Shown here piece by piece: positions 58,882 through 64,000 of a DNA stretch of 64,000 nt. Position 1 is the stretch's first letter, and each line of letters starts with the position of its first letter. The DNA comes from Candidatus Multivoradales bacterium (lineage in GTDB: Bacteria; Acidobacteriota; Thermoanaerobaculia; Multivoradales; J023). The DNA lies in assembly GCA_965248925.1 (NCBI GenBank), contig CBDFLE010000005.1, positions 2,112,001-2,176,000 of the forward strand, written 5' to 3'. The notes beneath the pieces are model-generated. The model saw only the letters and a program-made list of their open reading frames with translations. It was not told where the DNA came from and did no database searches. Position numbers and translations under genes: made by a program.

Positions 58882-61680
58882 TTACGGCGCCGGCGTATCC
58901 TCCTCGGGCTCGAAGTCGAAACGCTTGAGCACCAGGGTCGGAATATCCGCCGCGGTCAGTTCGGCTCGGGTCAAGCCTTCGACCGTGACAGGGTTTTCGA
59001 AGAAGATGCGTACTTCGTTTCCTAGCCCCTGCCAGTGGTTGTCGAGTTGTAGGTGCACCGGCTCGGACCAGGTCACCCCGGCGATGTTGTTGCTCGTGAT
59101 CAGCCCCCCCTTCTGAATGGACATTCCTTGCGCGCTGATCCCCTCGAGATTTTCTATCATCACGAAACCCGTCGGCCAGTCTCCGTCCACGGCAGTGACG
59201 ATCCCGGCCTGCACGCTGGACGCGACCACCTCGCCGTCGAGCAGGACCAGGATCTCTCGGACGCCCGGCGCCCCTTCCGGGTAGACCAGAACCTCACCCT
59301 GGGCAAGGGTGGCCATGGCGTTGGCCGCCTCTACCAACTCGCCTGCGGCGATGCCGCTGACCCCAAAGCGGACGGAGGCACCTTCGGCCAGGGGCACGCC
59401 GAGGCTGAAGTCCTGGAGCGAAATCCCGACCTCGCTGGCGGGTCCGAAAGTGGCCGCCACGCCGTCTTTACCGCTGCTTCCGATGTCCGACACGATGAAG
59501 ACGTTGCCGGAACGCGTCAGGGCGGCGCCACCCAGCGGGTCGAAGTCCACCGGGCCGAAGAAGCAGTCCGGTATGGTCAGACACTTGACGATCGAGCAGC
59601 ACTGGGCAAAGGTCGCGTCATGGGTGCTGAGTCGGAAGCACGCCTCTTCCCTCGGCTTCGCCGCCGGTCCGCTGAGCCCGACGGTGATGGAACCGGTCTC
59701 GTCGCCGCCGAAAAGGGTGTCGCCCAGGAGCAGGACGTTGGGATCGATCACCAACTCGGACGGTGAGATCGGGGTCAGGTGGTCCGCTGGCGATACCGGC
59801 GCCAAGAGCAGGTAGTCCACCGGAACCGTGGTGAGGTTCTCGAGGTCGAAGGTGTAGTGCCATGGCGGGCCGATGTTGGAAAACGGTGGCCCGAAGCATC
59901 TGGGCTCGCGATCCACCCTGAGCTGGGCGCAGTCGCACTCGGGAACCTCGAGCTCCACCTCTTTGGCGCAACACTGGGCGAGGGTTGCATCGTGAAGAGT
60001 GATCCGGAAGTCGAGGACCGTGCCGGGAGTGGCGCCTGTGATCTTGACCGTGACCCGCCGGGGCTGGTTGGTCTTGATCGGCGGCGTGAACGTCAAGTGC
60101 TGCGGCTCGATGGTCACGCCGGCCGGGAGATCGACGAAGAAGAGGTGCTGCACGTCTTCCGCTGCCCGATTGCGGACAATGAAGGTCCATTCGAAGCTGC
60201 CGGTGAAGCCGCCCTCGTCGGCGTTGCAGAGGTGACTGAGCGTGACCAGATCGAAGCACTTGGGACACTTGAGGTTCACCGGCAGGCCCATGCCGAGGCC
60301 GCCGTTCGAGGCCGCGTCGACGAAACTAAGCCCGAGGTTACCGCCGTCGAAGGTTTCGTCGCCGGCGAAGGTGACGGTGAAACATGCCTCATCGCCAGGA
60401 CCCACGTCCTCCCGGATCGGCGGATCGGTGGTGACGGTGAGCCCGGGAAGCTCCGGGTCCGGCACCAGGGCGATATCGATGGGGGTGGTAAGACTGGTCT
60501 CCACGGCCTGGACGATGGCATTCCTGATGCCGTTCGAGCCGGCGCCGAGGTCAAAGACCAACGGCTCACCGTCCGCGTCCAGCGCGCCGGTCAAGCGGGC
60601 GAGGGCCGAGAGGAAGACGGATTCGTCGTTACTCGGCCCAGGATCGGACGAGGGTGCGGCGTTGGTGCCGAGGCCGATCACCCGGATGCCGAGGTCGTTC
60701 AGTGCCTGCACCGTCTCCGGCACGGTCGCGGCACCGCGTGGTGCCTCCGCGCCGAGCACGGTGTTGTTGGCCTGACTCTCGGCATCGCTGACGAAGCCGA
60801 ATCTTTTACCGCAATTGAAAGTCGAGGAAGGGACAGTAGCTCCAGTGCCCGTGATGAAATCGGGGATGTCGGCACCGGCCGCGAAAGGGGCAACTGAACA
60901 GGCGTCGGTAGCGAGAATCACCAGCCGCAAGCAGCTTTCCGGCCGCCAGCCGACGCCACCCAACTCGCCGATCTTCGGGACGTCGCTGGTGTAGCTCGCG
61001 AAGCTCGGTACGTCACCGCTCGGTCCGGGCGTCTGCCAGGTTGCCGGGATGCCGGCGGCACCGGAATCGAGAAGGCTGGTGTTGGCGTCGGGGTTGCCAT
61101 TGAACCCGGTGCCGGTCGCAATCTGAAAAAGAGCTTCGATCGCGGACTCGGGGCCGTCCCCGCCAAAACCGGGTGCAGTTCCCGCGTCGGAGAGAGCTGC
61201 CGTGAGGGCCAGTAAGTTTCTTGTGAGTGCTTGGTTGAGGATGAAGGGCCGATCCTCCTCGAATGCGGAGGGACTGCCGAAGGCTCGCCCAGGCCCCCCG
61301 TACTCTTCGAATCTACCGACGCCGAAAGTGAAGTCCACACATGGTGAACCGGAAGTGAGGTCAGCAACGATACTGCCGAATATTTCACCGGCCGTTACCA
61401 CCTTGTCTTCAAAGCTACCGGTATCGTCGAAGAGCAGGAAAATGTCTGCTGAATTGCAAGTGCTGGCCTCGGGCAAAATGATACACAAGTCCTCCACCGT
61501 ATCCGAGCCGCCGCCGCACGCGGTACTCGGGTCGATGGTAATCGAGCCTGGGGAAACGGTCTGCGCGCCGAGCGCGGTAGCGACCAAGAGCGATGCTGCG
61601 ATAGCTACCGCCCATAGGGCTAGCGCCCTCCGAGGGTGACCGGTCAACCGGTCGTTCAAATACCATTGGGCTGTGCGCAT
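58882..61680 (-). CDS. Secreted vWA (integrin-beta-like MIDAS) domain protein with Cys-paired repeats
   Basis: AAGGAG RBS and signal peptide; DIFLLFDDTGSF, GGDGPES..EAL and VILATDA; two copies of FRxxxHDATxAQCC. Confidence 0.8.
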   Translation of the reverse strand: MRTAQWYLNDRLTGHPRRALALWAVAIAASLLVATALGAQTVSPGSITIDPSTACGGGSDTVEDLCIILPEASTCNSADIFLLFDDTGSFEDKVVTAGEIFGSIVADLTSGSPCVDFTFGVGRFEEYGGPGRAFGSPSAFEEDRPFILNQALTRNLLALTAALSDAGTAPGFGGDGPESAIEALFQIATGTGFNGNPDANTSLLDSGAAGIPATWQTPGPSGDVPSFASYTSDVPKIGELGGVGWRPESCLRLVILATDACSVAPFAAGADIPDFITGTGATVPSSTFNCGKRFGFVSDAESQANNTVLGAEAPRGAATVPETVQALNDLGIRVIGLGTNAAPSSDPGPSNDESVFLSALARLTGALDADGEPLVFDLGAGSNGIRNAIVQAVETSLTTPIDIALVPDPELPGLTVTTDPPIREDVGPGDEACFTVTFAGDETFDGGNLGLSFVDAASNGGLGMGLPVNLKCPKCFDLVTLSHLCNADEGGFTGSFEWTFIVRNRAAEDVQHLFFVDLPAGVTIEPQHLTFTPPIKTNQPRRVTVKITGATPGTVLDFRITLHDATLAQCCAKEVELEVPECDCAQLRVDREPRCFGPPFSNIGPPWHYTFDLENLTTVPVDYLLLAPVSPADHLTPISPSELVIDPNVLLLGDTLFGGDETGSITVGLSGPAAKPREEACFRLSTHDATFAQCCSIVKCLTIPDCFFGPVDFDPLGGAALTRSGNVFIVSDIGSSGKDGVAATFGPASEVGISLQDFSLGVPLAEGASVRFGVSGIAAGELVEAANAMATLAQGEVLVYPEGAPGVREILVLLDGEVVASSVQAGIVTAVDGDWPTGFVMIENLEGISAQGMSIQKGGLITSNNIAGVTWSEPVHLQLDNHWQGLGNEVRIFFENPVTVEGLTRAELTAADIPTLVLKRFDFEPEEDTPAP

Positions 61681-61859
61681 TCATGTTCTCCTTGATATGA
61701 ACAGAGAAATTTACGAGCTGGCAAACAACTTCGAATGACAGCTTTCCACTCGAGGTCTTCCTCGTTCCTCCCAACGTGCGGCCTGGCCTCAGCGCTGGCG
61801 GCGGGAGAAAGCCTCATTCCGGTCTCGACGGGCTCCAAGTGTTGGCCGGTAGCTCTTTG

Positions 61860-62714
61860 GTAAGACCGGCCTCAACTAAAGGACGCGCAAAAAGCTTCTC
61901 GGAAGGCTAATAAAAATCACTGCGCGTCTGAACTGCCGACATGGGTTGGCACCGGCTCCGACCCACAGGATCGGACTGGGGACCGATACTCTTTCGCGAG
62001 GGGGTTCCGGGGGTCGCCAAGCGGCCGGATCTGTTGCATGGTGATTCCTCAAGAGGAGGAACCGCTATGGAACAACGAATCGCGAGCTTTCGTCATCAGG
62101 TCGAGGTCTACTTTGGCTGCCGCCCAGGCCGCGGATGTCGGTATCCGGCTTCCCTTCGGGCAGAAGCCGTGGATCTGGCTTTGGAAGCGCAGTCCAACGG
62201 CGATCGGTTGGGCCGGGCGGCCACTGCTTTGGGAGTCGGTGTGGACACGCTCCACCGCTGGATCGAGGCAGCGCCGCCGATGCCCATTCAGCTGCGGGCG
62301 GTCGAAGTCGTAGAGGCCGAAGCAGCAGCAATCATCAATCGAAGCCATCGAGAGGGCTTGGTCCTGGTGACTGTCGCTGGCCACCGCGTGGAGGGGCTGG
62401 CTCTGGCCGACGTGGCATTGCTGCTGGAAGCGCTCGGATGATCGGCTCGACCCGCCGGGTCAGCCTCTACGCCTTCGGTGCGCCTGCCGACCTCCGCAAG
62501 GGGTTCGACGGTCTCCCGGGTCTGGTGACCGGCGAGCTTGACCAAGACCCTCTCTCAGGCGATCTGTTCCTATTCGTCAATCGGGCGCAAACCCTCGCGA
62601 AGGTTCTGGTCTGGGACGGTACCGGGCTCTGTGTCTACAGCAAGCGGCTCGAGCAGGGGCGGTTTGCCTGTCTGTGGCGCGAACGGGAAGAGGACCGGCT
62701 GCGGCTGACTATGA
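61860..62714 (+). mobile_element. IS66-family element, left part, interrupted by IS1380
   Basis: Begins with GTAAG (IS66-type end) and is followed by tnpA and tnpB. Confidence 0.75.
62067..62441 (+). CDS. tnpA: IS66 accessory protein TnpA (HTH)
   Basis: RYPASLRAEAV..AATALGV..TLHRW; GAGGAGG RBS; ATGA overlap with tnpB. Confidence 0.8.
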   Translation: MEQRIASFRHQVEVYFGCRPGRGCRYPASLRAEAVDLALEAQSNGDRLGRAATALGVGVDTLHRWIEAAPPMPIQLRAVEVVEAEAAAIINRSHREGLVLVTVAGHRVEGLALADVALLLEALG

Positions 62715-62719
62715 CCTAG
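62438..62719 (+). pseudogene. tnpB: IS66 TnpB, C-terminally truncated
   Basis: DLRKGFDGL..DPLSGDLFLFVNR..KVLVWDGTGLC..KRLEQGRF; the stop codon is supplied by the IS1380 end. Confidence 0.88.
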
Positions 62720-64000
62720 ATTGAGCGGTTTAAACCACAATAATCCCCCACCTGCTGTGCTAAACTGCTGTGCTAAACTGCTGACATTGAAACCGTTAGC
62801 AGTAATTGTCGAAGTGACTCGCCACAACCCAACAGGTGGGAGATCAAGATGAAGTCTATCACGGCCCCGAAGAGCCTGCACGCCATCACCAAGATTGAGG
62901 TAACCCCCGATTCTCTGACTGGCCGAGCAGGGCTGAACCTTTTCGTGCAATACCTGGACAGCATTTGTATCCAACCGCTTCTGCAGCATCTATTCGGCCG
63001 ACTGCGCAAGAGCAGCAAGGGTCTGCCGATCGTCGACATCTCCAACAGGTTTTCCTCTTCTTGCTCGATGGAACGAGTCGTCACCTCAACTACTTCGATG
63101 CGCTGAAGAAGGATCCGGCCTACGCCAGCATCGTCGAATGCCACCAGCATCAGTTGCTGTCTTCCCACTCTGTAAAGCGGTTCTTCAAAGCCTTCTCACT
63201 CCCTGTCATTCACTTCTTTCGCAAGCTTCTGCGCGAGCTGTTTGTGTGGCGGCTGCGCCTTGCAGCACCTGACGTCGTTGTCCTGGGCCTCGATTCGATG
63301 GTCATGGACAACGATGATGCTATCAAGCGGCATGGGGTCCAGCCCACCTACAAGAAAGTCAAGGGGTTCCAGCCTCTCCAGCTGACTTGGCGGCGATTCA
63401 TCATCGATGCGGTCTTCCGTCGAGGTGACCGGCACTGCAACTACGGCAACGACGCCGTCAAGATGATTCGCCAAGCGGTATCCGCCATCCGTACTCACCT
63501 CCAGGCCGATGTGCCGATTATGCTGCGCATGGACAGTGGATTTTTCGACCAGGCGATCTTCGTCGCCTGTGAAGAACTGAAGATCGGATACGTCTGCGGA
63601 GGAAAGCTGTACCAGGGAATTCGTGACCGGGCCCAGGAACTCCCAGAAGAGGAATGGAAGCTCCTCGCCCGAGAGCCCCAGCAGTGGCGCTTCTTCGAAT
63701 TCGAGGATCAACGCGGGACTTGGAGCCAGACTCGAAGGGCGATCTTCTGCCAGCCGCTCTACAAGGATCGCCAGCGACTCCTGGCGTTCGCCCGGCCGGA
63801 CACGGTGATCTATACCAACCTGGGGCGAGGACAACACATTGACGGGTTGCTGCGCGAGGCGGGGTACGCGAACCGCGTGGATGCAGCCAAGGTGATCGGC
63901 TTTTACCACCGACGTGGAGCGGATGAGCTGGTTCATCGCGAGCTGAAAGACTTCGCCAGCGAGCGGTTGCCTTTCCTGCGTTTTGGCCCCAACATGGCGT
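62715..64000 (+). mobile_element. IS1380-family element (runs off the window)
   Basis: Left end CCTAGATT resembles the ISEcp1 left inverted repeat. Confidence 0.8.
62849..64000 (+). pseudogene. IS1380-family transposase, frameshifted near 63045, 3' partial
   Basis: LTGRAGL in one frame, then QVFLFLLDGTSRHLNYFD..LGLDSMVMDNDD..PTYKKVKGFQPL..LRMDSGFFD..YHRRGADELVHRELKDF in another. Confidence 0.85.

Overview
GC-rich bacterial window. The ADOP permease, the C-terminal IFADGFESGD motif and the ECF-sigma/Ser-Thr-kinase pair suggest Acidobacteriota, probably Thermoanaerobaculia-like; this is inference. The window is an accessory region with IS elements at both ends: an IS4 remnant and an ISL3 carrying a nested IS5/IS1182 element on the left, and an IS66 interrupted by IS1380 on the right. 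It encodes two TIGR02999-type ECF sigma factors, two TPR Ser/Thr kinases, and an FHA sigma54 activator with a sigma54 promoter. There are many large secreted proteins: an S8 protease with FG-GAP repeats, BNR propellers, a vWA protein, and a trypsin-like protease with Cys-rich and SMB-like tails. It also holds a two-component system, two VapBC-type TA pairs, an MMPL/LolA-like/beta-barrel trio and a surface-glycosylation operon. The most notable feature is a compact RiPP-like locus: a YxxPxL-leader, poly-Pro precursor, a PqqD/RRE protein and an HPr-kinase-related protein, divergent from an operon ending in an S24/S26 peptidase, with no lasso cyclase or radical SAM. Several genes carry single frameshifts or nonsense codons. 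Relics of a roughly 6.5 kb segmental duplication are visible. No rRNA, tRNA or CRISPR array was seen.
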